This document shows positions 34,001 through 42,886 of a stretch of DNA of 64,000 nt, piece after piece (position 1 is the first letter of the stretch; each line of letters opens with the position of its first letter). The DNA comes from Phoronis australis (lineage: Eukaryota > Animalia > Phoronida). Under the pieces are notes generated by a model. It did no database searches. It was not told the origin of the DNA and was given only the letters and a program-made list of their open reading frames with translations. A program made the translations under genes and the position numbers. Location: assembly GCA_002633005.1 (NCBI GenBank), contig NMRA01000057.1, forward strand, positions 684,434 to 748,433, written 5' to 3'.

Positions 34001-37000
34001 CTTGAGATACAAAGAGGTCGTCGACCAGAGGACGAACTTTCATAGTTCCGTATCCGTCATTATTCGTGAACCCTGTCAAAACCTCACAAGGTGAAGTATG
34101 ACTCTGTATTACATACATGCACACAATACTTCCGATGTCACCCAAACCTTCATCTGCGTTGACAAGCAACCATTGACCAGTGCTTGATTCCTGATTACAT
34201 GTCAGAATTAAGGCACCGTCTACTTGTTGACTGTGAAGAACGCAGTTTACCTTATCATGTACAGCATGTACTAACTCACCGTCACTCATAGCAACGAACT
34301 GTTGTGTTTTGTATTTTTGAGTCTCTGCAAGAAACACAGAGTTTGTTTCACTGTTAACCTCTACGGAAAGAGCTTGTTCGACGTTGATCAAATGCCCGTA
34401 CTTAAAGTACCAAAGCTGCCGTTTAACAATTGATTCGTCAAAACTTTGAAAGGCGATGTTTAACCCGTCCTCTGATGCAGTGAGCAGCATGCACGGGTCA
34501 CCAGAGTACTTAATAAAGGTAAAGTGTTCGCCATTATTCATTGGACAAGAAAGTGAACTGGGGTTGTCTAATGCCCAGCCATACTCTAAATAATTCCATT
34601 TCTGTAATCTGATTGGAGAAGTTTCCTGAGAAACAACTATTCTGCCATCGGAGAGAATGGATAAAACTTTCTCATTTTGTCCAGCGGGTTTAATGGTGTT
34701 GCCATCAAGTCTCCACGCTACAGACGACAACTTGTTCCCTTTTGACCTAAGAACAACCTCATCGCTATGATCGGGAGTATCTAGGGCTAGCCAAAGTCCG
34801 GTGTACAAGTTCACGATTTCGCCCTTGTAAATAAGCCACAATTGTTCATGTGCCTGTCTATTTGAGAAAGGTGCCATGGCCACCGCGTGGGATGAGGAGT
34901 CAGCAGTCAATACTTCGCACGGTGGATCTTGTGTCTGGATGAAATAGTAACAAAGTGCGCGCCGTAAGTAGGCGCCATCTCGGTCAAACGGGATAACCTC
35001 CCACTGTTTCTCTATTGCTTGTTCACCAGAAGCCAACATCTGTTTTAGCGACACGTTTGAAGGATCTGGAAGTAGTGAGAATGTTTGGTTTCCAATCTTT
35101 AGGAAAACTGTTTGTTTTTCAATTATCCAATCTTCATTTTGAACACCAGTAGAACCTGAGAATTTTCGTGGAAACAACATGATGTCAGCAATTCTTTGGC
35201 CTGAGCCGTAATTCACAAGCTGACTACTTTCCAAATACCAAAGCTGATGCGGTAAATTTTCGTCATCGAAGTCCTGAAGGACTGCTTCGTCTCGATTCGA
35301 GTCGTAGCCAAGAACTTTGCAGTCGACATTTCGGCTTCGAAGAAAGAACAGAGACATAGATCGTGTACATTTTTGGACGTAGTCGTTAAAGTCGATGGTT
35401 GTAAAATTTTCAACGGTGTTGTTTAGGACTTCGTTAGTGATGACATTCACCAGTTTATCTTGTTGATAGTGCCACAGGTACTTGGAAACAACGTTTCTGG
35501 CATGATGCGATGAGGGTAGCATGCTTTTGTCATTCGCTCTCATAATGTCACCGCACGCGGGTTGTCTTTGAGGCAATATGTACAGGCAATGTGCAAATTC
35601 CACGAAATTATTGTTGTAGTATGAGGATGAAATCCATCTAGAAGGAAGCTCTTCTCGTTTGCACGATAACCTGACAGTGCTTTCTTCGGAAGATTGAAGA
35701 AAACATGGCATGCCCTCATTATACGTTTGAATGAGCCCGTCGACGAAATTGAATTGATGTTGTTGACCACCCTTTTTTACAACGAATTTATCGCTATAAT
35801 TTGCATTAAACATTTTTCCGCCTTCTGAATACCAGAGACACGACAGAGGGTGTTCAGAATCGAAAGACTTTTCTACCAATACCGCAGCGTGATCTTTCAG
35901 AACTGTAAAGGTAATTACAGGAGTAGATGATGCCGTGCCAATGACGGCTGCGGTCAGTAGCATAGCTTTTGCCCAATTCCCCTTTCCTTGTCGGTGAAGA
36001 TAAATGCCAGTTAGCAACAAAGATCCTACTGCTACAGAGGTTAACGCCAGTATGCCAGCTGCAATAGGAAGAGCAATATAAGGGGCGCCATCTATTTCTG
36101 TAACGCATAAAACCGTACACGAACGGTTAGAACTTTTCAAAGCAAAGTAGTTTCCATTTCCACATTTAGGTGTCGCCTTTTTTACGTCCACAAAGTCCCA
36201 CGATACGTTGTAATTAGATGTGGGCGTTGTTGCTACAGCGTTATTTGGTAATGCCTTGAGATTTACCGTTCTGCCTAGCGTATGTGCCTGCAACTTTTGT
36301 TCTTCGTAAGTCCAATCCTTAGAAACAGTACTGCTTACAAATACCTTTCGATCGGTTGCAACTAAATACATATGAGATTTTGCATTTCTAAGAAACGTAT
36401 TGTCCCAATACCACAGCTGTTCATGCACGACAGTTTCTGTAAACGGCCCTAACGTGACATTTTGTCTCCCAGTTTGTTGGAGGACTAAACACTTATTATG
36501 GAGTTGAATAACAAACATACAGGCGACGGTTTCGAATTCTTCTACTGCAGTAGCAAAAGAAACAAAATTCCACGACTGTGAAGAGCGTTTACAATTTGGT
36601 TGAAGACGAACCCCGAGTCTTCTTTTTGTGACTTCAACGTAACAGTTGCCTTGGATTTTATCTTGAATGACAATGGTTGTGTTACGCTTGAATAGGTTTA
36701 CCCCGCCAGGGTTGTCAGACATAGCATTTGCCGATAGTCGGCTTACGCTAACGTACAATCCATTGCCAAAATTTCGTAAAGAACCGTTCTTCCAAGACCA
36801 CAGCTGGTAAATAAGTTTGCTTTCACCGTAGGTTTCCATGGACATAAAGTTCTTCCCACTCCTCTTTATTGACGTTAAAAGTTTGCAGGGAAATTCGGAA
36901 TTCTTAATAAAGAAAATGTCCCTCGACTGATCACTAAGGCTCAGGTCTCGCCTCATCCTGTGCTGTACACGTACGGTTGCTGGTTGGTTTTGCCTTTCTT

Positions 37001-37910
37001 TCGATCTCTTCTCTATTAACGACAAAGCAACCCGCGTAAAATGTTTGGCATCGTAGTCGTAGATGCTAGAATTCACGGAATTTTGTTTATTTAACATTTC
37101 TTCTTTAAGAAAAAGTGGTTTACGGCTGTGAACATGTTTTCTTTTGGAACTTCTTTGCTGCCTAAAAATTGCCTCTTGATTTTGATACTGAGCTATGACG
37201 TCATTCAAAATGAAATGCATACCACCTAGTCTGCTTGGGTATTGACTGAAGCTGTCAAAAACCTTGTTCAGTAGATTGATGTTTTTGAAGTTATCTACGA
37301 TGACGTCTTCATTTTCCACGTAGACCCTTGCTTCTGATGTGTCAGCGTCGTATGACACATCTTCCGTCGTAACCCTGCGACCCATTCTTTCAGCCTCAAA
37401 TTCTCCTATCACGTGAATAAGTCCGACGAGATCGTCTTCATCAACCAGGCTGAGAAGCTGCTGTAGCTGGTCTGCCAAGGCTGTGCGGCAGTCCATTACA
37501 TAAAGGGCTATAGAAATACATGTTGTAAAGAACGGGTAGAGAACAACGTGTTCTTTCCAGAATCTAAGAGTTTGGTCTGACGTTAGTGAGTCACATGACG
37601 TCACCAACGATGTCAGGTTTTTGAACAAAGACCCATTAACGTCTAATTTCTCCACTGTCTGCCCGATTACCTCAACTATTCTTTCAATTAGGACTTTGGT
37701 GTCGTTTTGTAGTCGTTGAGGACTTTCGTTTGGTTGATCATTTCCGCTTGTAAAATTCTTTTCCGGCTGCCAATTTTGCTCAATTGGCGTGCTGCTAGGT
37801 TGTCTACGTCTTAGTGTGTCTACATTCATCAAATGGACAGCATTAAATTGTTGAAGAAGCAACAATGTTGACCAAAGAACTGCAAAACGCCTGATGATAA
37901 TCGAATGCAT
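31005..37910 (-). CDS. Paralogue A: 2301-aa secreted multi-ricin-B (beta-trefoil) repeat protein with a C-terminal AID/APOBEC-like Zn deaminase domain (intact motif); toxin-like
   Basis: Uninterrupted ORF. The true start is probably ATG 37910 (MHSIIIRRFAVLWSTLLLLQQFNA signal peptide, shared with paralogue B), preceded by a tttttgtttcag acceptor ending at 37924. RMRR at 36959-36948; 11 repeats F.I....PC.(V/L)LT...QLW...(I/L).N...G..L...W...QxW at about 36918-32530; HTE at 31508-31500, SPC at 31412-31404, second Cys at 31373-31371. Confidence 0.9.
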   Translation of the reverse strand: MHSIIIRRFAVLWSTLLLLQQFNAVHLMNVDTLRRRQPSSTPIEQNWQPEKNFTSGNDQPNESPQRLQNDTKVLIERIVEVIGQTVEKLDVNGSLFKNLTSLVTSCDSLTSDQTLRFWKEHVVLYPFFTTCISIALYVMDCRTALADQLQQLLSLVDEDDLVGLIHVIGEFEAERMGRRVTTEDVSYDADTSEARVYVENEDVIVDNFKNINLLNKVFDSFSQYPSRLGGMHFILNDVIAQYQNQEAIFRQQRSSKRKHVHSRKPLFLKEEMLNKQNSVNSSIYDYDAKHFTRVALSLIEKRSKERQNQPATVRVQHRMRRDLSLSDQSRDIFFIKNSEFPCKLLTSIKRSGKNFMSMETYGESKLIYQLWSWKNGSLRNFGNGLYVSVSRLSANAMSDNPGGVNLFKRNTTIVIQDKIQGNCYVEVTKRRLGVRLQPNCKRSSQSWNFVSFATAVEEFETVACMFVIQLHNKCLVLQQTGRQNVTLGPFTETVVHEQLWYWDNTFLRNAKSHMYLVATDRKVFVSSTVSKDWTYEEQKLQAHTLGRTVNLKALPNNAVATTPTSNYNVSWDFVDVKKATPKCGNGNYFALKSSNRSCTVLCVTEIDGAPYIALPIAAGILALTSVAVGSLLLTGIYLHRQGKGNWAKAMLLTAAVIGTASSTPVITFTVLKDHAAVLVEKSFDSEHPLSCLWYSEGGKMFNANYSDKFVVKKGGQQHQFNFVDGLIQTYNEGMPCFLQSSEESTVRLSCKREELPSRWISSSYYNNNFVEFAHCLYILPQRQPACGDIMRANDKSMLPSSHHARNVVSKYLWHYQQDKLVNVITNEVLNNTVENFTTIDFNDYVQKCTRSMSLFFLRSRNVDCKVLGYDSNRDEAVLQDFDDENLPHQLWYLESSQLVNYGSGQRIADIMLFPRKFSGSTGVQNEDWIIEKQTVFLKIGNQTFSLLPDPSNVSLKQMLASGEQAIEKQWEVIPFDRDGAYLRRALCYYFIQTQDPPCEVLTADSSSHAVAMAPFSNRQAHEQLWLIYKGEIVNLYTGLWLALDTPDHSDEVVLRSKGNKLSSVAWRLDGNTIKPAGQNEKVLSILSDGRIVVSQETSPIRLQKWNYLEYGWALDNPSSLSCPMNNGEHFTFIKYSGDPCMLLTASEDGLNIAFQSFDESIVKRQLWYFKYGHLINVEQALSVEVNSETNSVFLAETQKYKTQQFVAMSDGELVHAVHDKVNCVLHSQQVDGALILTCNQESSTGQWLLVNADEGLGDIGSIVCMYVIQSHTSPCEVLTGFTNNDGYGTMKVRPLVDDLFVSQVFFWKNHGLVHLNSGLQVSFSDDVVTLRKNPSLNATMFYQQSTQRIVMQSRYSGALGFDPNNDGRAVVRRDGSMENTRWVFVNLKRNFSDFLSCSELISPEKYFLLQHSERPCVVLTGTDKGTSPVFKRLDNTNINNQLWFIRRNHIVNAGSGLVLMVSEHLPDSHFEVTMWNEHAFSFRQRWSATTSGSFSIQSFFDRSCFLSSTEIGQNIVASAGCNTKQPGRWEFIDIKSASLEDVFCPFFIQSSVEPCELLTAVDSEMEVRLRPLNTSNLHSQLWYWNGDRITNARTAHSLSVSYDTIVLLPESPDKWSYENAKITLKGYPSSGITFSHDHGGVFMSVLSRYSQSYQSWVFVSVKDGLDNPNRLHCISSQTIDRYIIRSEYESCDLLTTKSRQVKVVNSKIKIEPGMLWLIRNDHLINIAERKSLSVTSNLALTLEPTYSHEPRQHWEMMLNGKIKHWLYGSKFLEASGGKVRVADRQNSKAQKWTWFTESAYYKDDKLMRCTRCYDKGEETASQVIGAIPIISWLYNLFRAVAYSAKDCPEVTKEALQNFAIDLAMDVVTLLSGGTAAALAHGIKTGMKYGVKVGLKAVLKVGKAMIKKSIGSVKYGFKNLARNGLKHTFQLKIKSSISAMKLHLKSSLTGIKAILKSSVRSVKTHGKRLGRLVLKSSPGKWSYNLKRLLKNLPRRLLAKTKSIGEQFKFQLKSKFDDLARRGEDAVKGIKHRKIPNKKILCRIRRGSGGKKLCNTDSQESSDALEDFNAYLRKPEDGKIFDENSDFDELLKNVGYNNQYSVIGIKRNGKFEHKDKISISDIPENKDKSKGKENMKHTERHLVEKIKPDKFTSCSNESPCKLFIFTKNSPCTRHAASDAMSCIEYLAKECKEWKTSYHVTCIVGFDQIYSKKDYLSDGLWHSFFSKLFKGQNTEKALEKLSKKFPKTSVEKVAEVAKKMESTFENEQEFRKAVNRVVVEKMSLKRMRDASVENNIEFFWRRKG

Positions 37911-40900
37911 TTTACTGCAGTCACTGAAACAAAAACACATAAACTTCAAAATTGTACTTTAGGTGATATGTGAGGATAAAAGCAGGCGAAGCGACAGCGT
38001 ACGCTGTTTTCTTCTTCTTCTATTTGATATATCTCAAATTGCTCCGTATTTTCCTACTTAAAAGAGAAGTAATTGAAATGCGTCGTCCAGCCATTCACTG
38101 TGTTAGTGAAAATGTTCTGCTGGGACATCGTAACAGGTGTTAGTCTTCATGAATGACACCAGGACATTTCCACTCTATTGTGAGATCGGTAAAAAGGGGT
38201 CCTTCACTTCATGAAGATTGGGTTTGTTTCCCTGCGACTGATTTCAGGCATTCTTTTTTTAGAATACTTGATCAATCCCGTCAAAACAATTGACTTTCTG
38301 GAACTGTTTTTAAATGTAAATGACTTGAATAACCTGAGTAGTATAGCAAGTGTATGAAGACGGGATGTTTTTCATTATAACACAGAAATGTTTGGCATTT
38401 TTGGAGTTACTGAGTAGCCCGATTCATAATTTGGGTTTAAATATATCAGTAAGGAGAAGATATCGCTTTATGTCAGCTCAGTTCTTCATGCTAACACAGT
38501 TACCAAGACAACATTTTGCAATATTCAAATGGCATTATAAAAGGCCAAAAACGATACCAATAAACAAGTGAATACAATTCTAACTAATGTGAACGATAAA
38601 ATTAATGATAAACTCAGCAAAAGAAAAGCAAAAGTTTCTTTGCTTATGTACACGTTTATTCACCAAATAAGACATACTTATTCATTTTTCCAAGAATGAA
38701 ATTTGAACGCTAAACTTTATTGTACAGCTCTCGAATTCCTACACGTAAATTGAGTTCCGTAGACTCAAAAATTGTACAAGCACCGTTTGCAATGCATGGC
38801 GATATTTCGCGAAGTCTTGCGTGTTCGCGAGTTTCTTGCGTCTACGCAGCAAAGCATTCAGTTGGTTATCCTTCACTTACCATTTATTGCTTCTGGAATC
38901 CTGCTGGGTGCGAATAGAAATGAGTCGTCTCAAAAACCTGTGAGCGTAATGACAAATAACTCTCAAGAATGCATTGCGTGATTTTGGGAAAAAACATATG
39001 ACGCTTCGTAATTACAATGGAAACAAATCGTGGCTCAAGTTTTCGGTTTCGCTGCAGTCGCGTATGGTTTTAGTCAAAAAAGTCATTGTTTTTCAAACCT
39101 CCCACGGACAATTCTTCGAAACCATACAGTTTCGAAACTGTACGGTTTCGATCGTGTGCTCGCGCATTACTTCGTTTGCAAACGAGATCATGGGAAAATA
39201 CATGTACCTCGCTCAATCGCTCCACTACAACTGCTGTTACGTGCGCGATGTACATGTAGTAACCCGCGTTGGTTCCACACCTCTTTCCAAACGTTTTCGT
39301 ACTTTGATCATTGGCACTCAATCGCTTTGGTCGTTTTAACAACCGTTTTTGTTCGATACGATGGTCAGAAGGAAGACAATAGTTCCCATACGGACTCTTT
39401 CTCAAACCGATTTTTCAGCCAAAAATTTTTTTTCAGAAAATTGCAACATTCTGCCTTCACCTGTTGTTACGAAACACATCTGGATTATGAAAGAATCAAA
39501 GTCTGTTCTATTCACTTTTTCTTCACAAAAATGGTAGTCCAAAATCTAGAAATGTGTCGTTTTACATTAATGACACATAGCAGAAACACAAGTTTTTCAA
39601 GAACTACTAGTTCGTAATCTCCACGAGAACATGGTTGACCTATGATATGACAACCGGACAGTAAATTTATAATTGTTAACACTCTGTCGGAAAAAGACTT
39701 CTTTGACAGAACGAAGGTTTATAGGCGTTTTAAATTGAAACAGTTTTCGATAAACTGTCAGAAATCATTTTTTTCTTTGACATTTTGGTCGTTTACCTGA
39801 GGTGTCGAGCCCCCACATCCGCCAATGTTCAACCACAATACAGTGCGTAGATGTCTTAGAATAATAAAAAAATGTTGCTATAGCTGTAATCGATCCTGTA
39901 GGCTAATATAAAAAGACGGTGATTTCAGTAAAGTGTACTAAAATATCTTCACGTTTGTAGCTTAGCCCAAGTGAAAAGTTACACAACTGACGCACGGGCC
40001 TATACAGACATACATGTACCAGTACGTGCGGTTGTTCGCTAGCGCTGAGCTACTGGCAAAGAGTTACTGAACAAATGCGCGCCGTTCTAACAATACACAT
40101 GGACAATACTTCAGAAAAAGAAAGCGGAATTCGAACACTGAACATTCTAGTTTGCTCTAACCTATGCAGTGTCAGGTGTGTGTTTCATATTTGTCAAATT
40201 CAAAGTTATTTCCTTCCTATGAAAATATTTAGCCAACTGAATAATCATTTATATCACGACATTTCTATTGGTCTATTCACAACAGCCTCTGGCCTGTTAA
40301 CATCGGAGCGACGTTTCGCTTAGTCATTTCTGCGGCCATCTTGAGGTGTTACATGGGTATTTGGTGCATTCTTGGAACGGAGAAAAAACTCACCATGAAA
40401 ATACCAGATGCCCGTGCTCTTCAGGCATTAGAAAAGATCAGGAAATCATAATAAAAGGTACTCTCGTTTTATTATTAATTTGTACGATAAAAACTGTTCA
40501 ACCTACAAGTCTTTATTTACTGAACACTCAGTAACTGAAAATCTGAATCATAAGGAAATTGTCTATAAACACGTGGCCACCATTTTTCGTGAAACGCGTC
40601 AATTTTTCGATTTGATCATGAGTTTATAGAAAACCTAGACTTTGTTTTTATTCAAGCACGAAACTATCAAAGTCCCTCTGACTAACCTTGCCAAGGTCAG
40701 TGCTTTCAAATGATTACCTTATAAAGCAATATAATTTAATTCACTAAAATCGTGTATTTTCTGAGATAATACCCGTAAGCACAAATTTATTTTTGACTTT
40801 GTGCTGGTCTGCCATTGACGTCATCACTCGGATAATAACTTTAGGCAGTGTATGCAACCTGCCAGTAATTCGAAAATGCGTTTTTCATCGCCAGCAGACG

Positions 40901-41189
40901 ATTTTACTCCTTTAAGCATATTGTTTTTCAAAGCAAAACAAGTACATTCTTAAAATTCAAAGATTTATTCAAATAAAAGGTGCTAGAAAGAATTTTCCGT
41001 GGCAAATACATCGATGCAAATAATGTGAAAAATGAATAACTGGTGAAAATATAAAAACGTGTAAAATTATTAATAAAAAATAATCCCAGGCGGTCTGATA
41101 CATGTTTTACCAGACGTGCGCAGGCCGTGCATGTGAACCCATTGCGCTGATCACCTGGAACCATTTTTATGCTTCATTAATGTATAGTT

Positions 41190-41310
41190 AAAACAGAGCT
41201 GAGGAGCTACAAACCTGACTCAAGGGTTTAGCAGTGTGACCTAGTGGGATTTGAACCATGACCTCGAGTAAAGAAAGTGAACACCTATCACACTGAGCCA
41301 CACTGCCTCC
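41190..41310 (-). mobile_element. tRNA-derived SINE head
   Basis: Minus strand ggaggcagtgTGGCTCAGTGTG...GGTTCAAATCCcact shows RNA polymerase III A and B boxes, without an intact cloverleaf. Confidence 0.6.
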
Positions 41311-42886
41311 TCTGTAAAGTTAATAAACCGATCCTATGAAATAACATGTTGAATGTAATACTGAAAATAGGGTTATACAAATTGATCATGAAGGAAACTG
41401 CATTCGTCAAATAGGCAAGCTCATCCAGAAATAGGTCCATGTCCAATCAAAAAAATCTGACTTTTCATATAAAAAACTTACGCTCTCAAGTCGTTCCTTT
41501 GCCACATAATAATCAGAGGTTGGAAAGAAGTGACACTTTGACATTACTTGAGACCAGACTCTGCAGGTTCTATTGTCACGGCGGGTCATGTTATGCGCCG
41601 AGCATTGTCTTCAGCAATTATAATGAGATGCCAGGGTTTCCAAGCCAGAAATCATTTCTGGTATGAGTTAGGAAAAACTTGACATCAGTTTTACAGAGGT
41701 AAAAAGTCTAAATAAAAGGAAGACGGGCATACAGCTGCTTTAAGTCAGATATTAACAACATTGTAAAACACAGATTGAAAGACAAAAAATGTACAGTCAA
41801 AAACAATAACGAACAGCGTTTTCAAACAGTTAGTTCACAGCCAGTCAAATAAGAGATAATTAAGAACAAAAAACAAAACAAAAGATAAGGATCCTTGCAG
41901 CATCAAAACTTAAAAGTGTTATTTTTAGCTTCTAATTTATTAGGTAGATACGTTTTGGATCGAGGCTACACCGCAAATAAATTCTCTCTTTACTGGGCAA
42001 CGTGTTGCCTTCGGAACAAGTTCCAGCGGCTACACGACCACTGCTCACGTGCAGCTGGTGTCTGTGCACACAGTAAAACATGAATTTACCAGGGATCATA
42101 TGGGTGTCAACAGGAAAATGACTATTTCTAAACAAACACGTTGAAAGTATATTTTCAGTTTCACTCAAAACTAGTTCTGTCACCGGCTATTTTACGTTAG
42201 TACTTGCCACAAGAAACAAAATCATTAGGCAGTATCACGAACAACGTCACATGCAGTGCAAGGCAAAAATAATCAGACAGCGAACTATTTCCCGGGACTT
42301 TTATTGTTTTAACAGGAACGAATGACTGGTAAAAACTATTACAACTACAAAATTTTAATTGTAGAATGGCTGAGCCACTTTACTAAACGATCTTGTTAGT
42401 TCCTTTTCATTTTCGGCCATGGGAGAAGACCACTCTGATGACCAATACGACTTCCGCCCAAACGTCATAACGTGGAATGCCAGGTCATTTTAGTTTAATT
42501 GGCTTGTAATGTAGACATCACATGGTTTCTCATGAAAAGGTCCCTCAACATCCACCGCTAACCTTTCCCATGCGTTTTGGGACGTTTGCCCTTTGAATTT
42601 TGTGGATGTTTACAAAGCATCGTTTTACGTGACCAAATATATATAAGAGATCTTTGCTAGTATCTGTTGTTGGCTTAATGCAGGGTTCATTGTCTGTTTT
42701 AAACCGCGTTGATGCTGTGAATCACAATCAGACATGGAAATAACAACCCATTTACTTTCACCAACGTAGACCTTAAGAGTAACGGGTCAGTGACTTCTTT
42801 CCAAAGCTATAAACAGTGTTTCACAATGATTCATTTTTATGGCAGAAACAAAGCATTCAGAAGAATATTGTCGTGGTTGATTTTTA

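Noticed and set aside
37911-37949. ORF-track N-terminal extensions MKFMCFCFSDCSK (and MNGFVYFRYHRS at 49898-49933)
   Set aside because: They start at TTG/GTG, run through a splice-acceptor tract and are not conserved between paralogues, whereas MHSIIIRRFAV is.
38720-39617. CpG-rich intergenic stretch with a 195-aa ORF (39030-39617) and an 18-bp palindrome tacagtttcgaaactgta (about 39125-39142)
   Set aside because: No recognisable domain, splice structure or convincing TIR/TSD; probably an old repeat, but I cannot support a call.
39790-39915. Possible 5' non-coding exon or promoter of paralogue A (minus-strand CAG/gtaaa donor near 39795)
   Set aside because: Such donor motifs are frequent by chance and I found no matching sequence upstream of paralogue B.
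41230-41310. Possible tRNA gene
   Set aside because: A and B boxes are present but acceptor and anticodon stems do not pair; treated as a SINE head.
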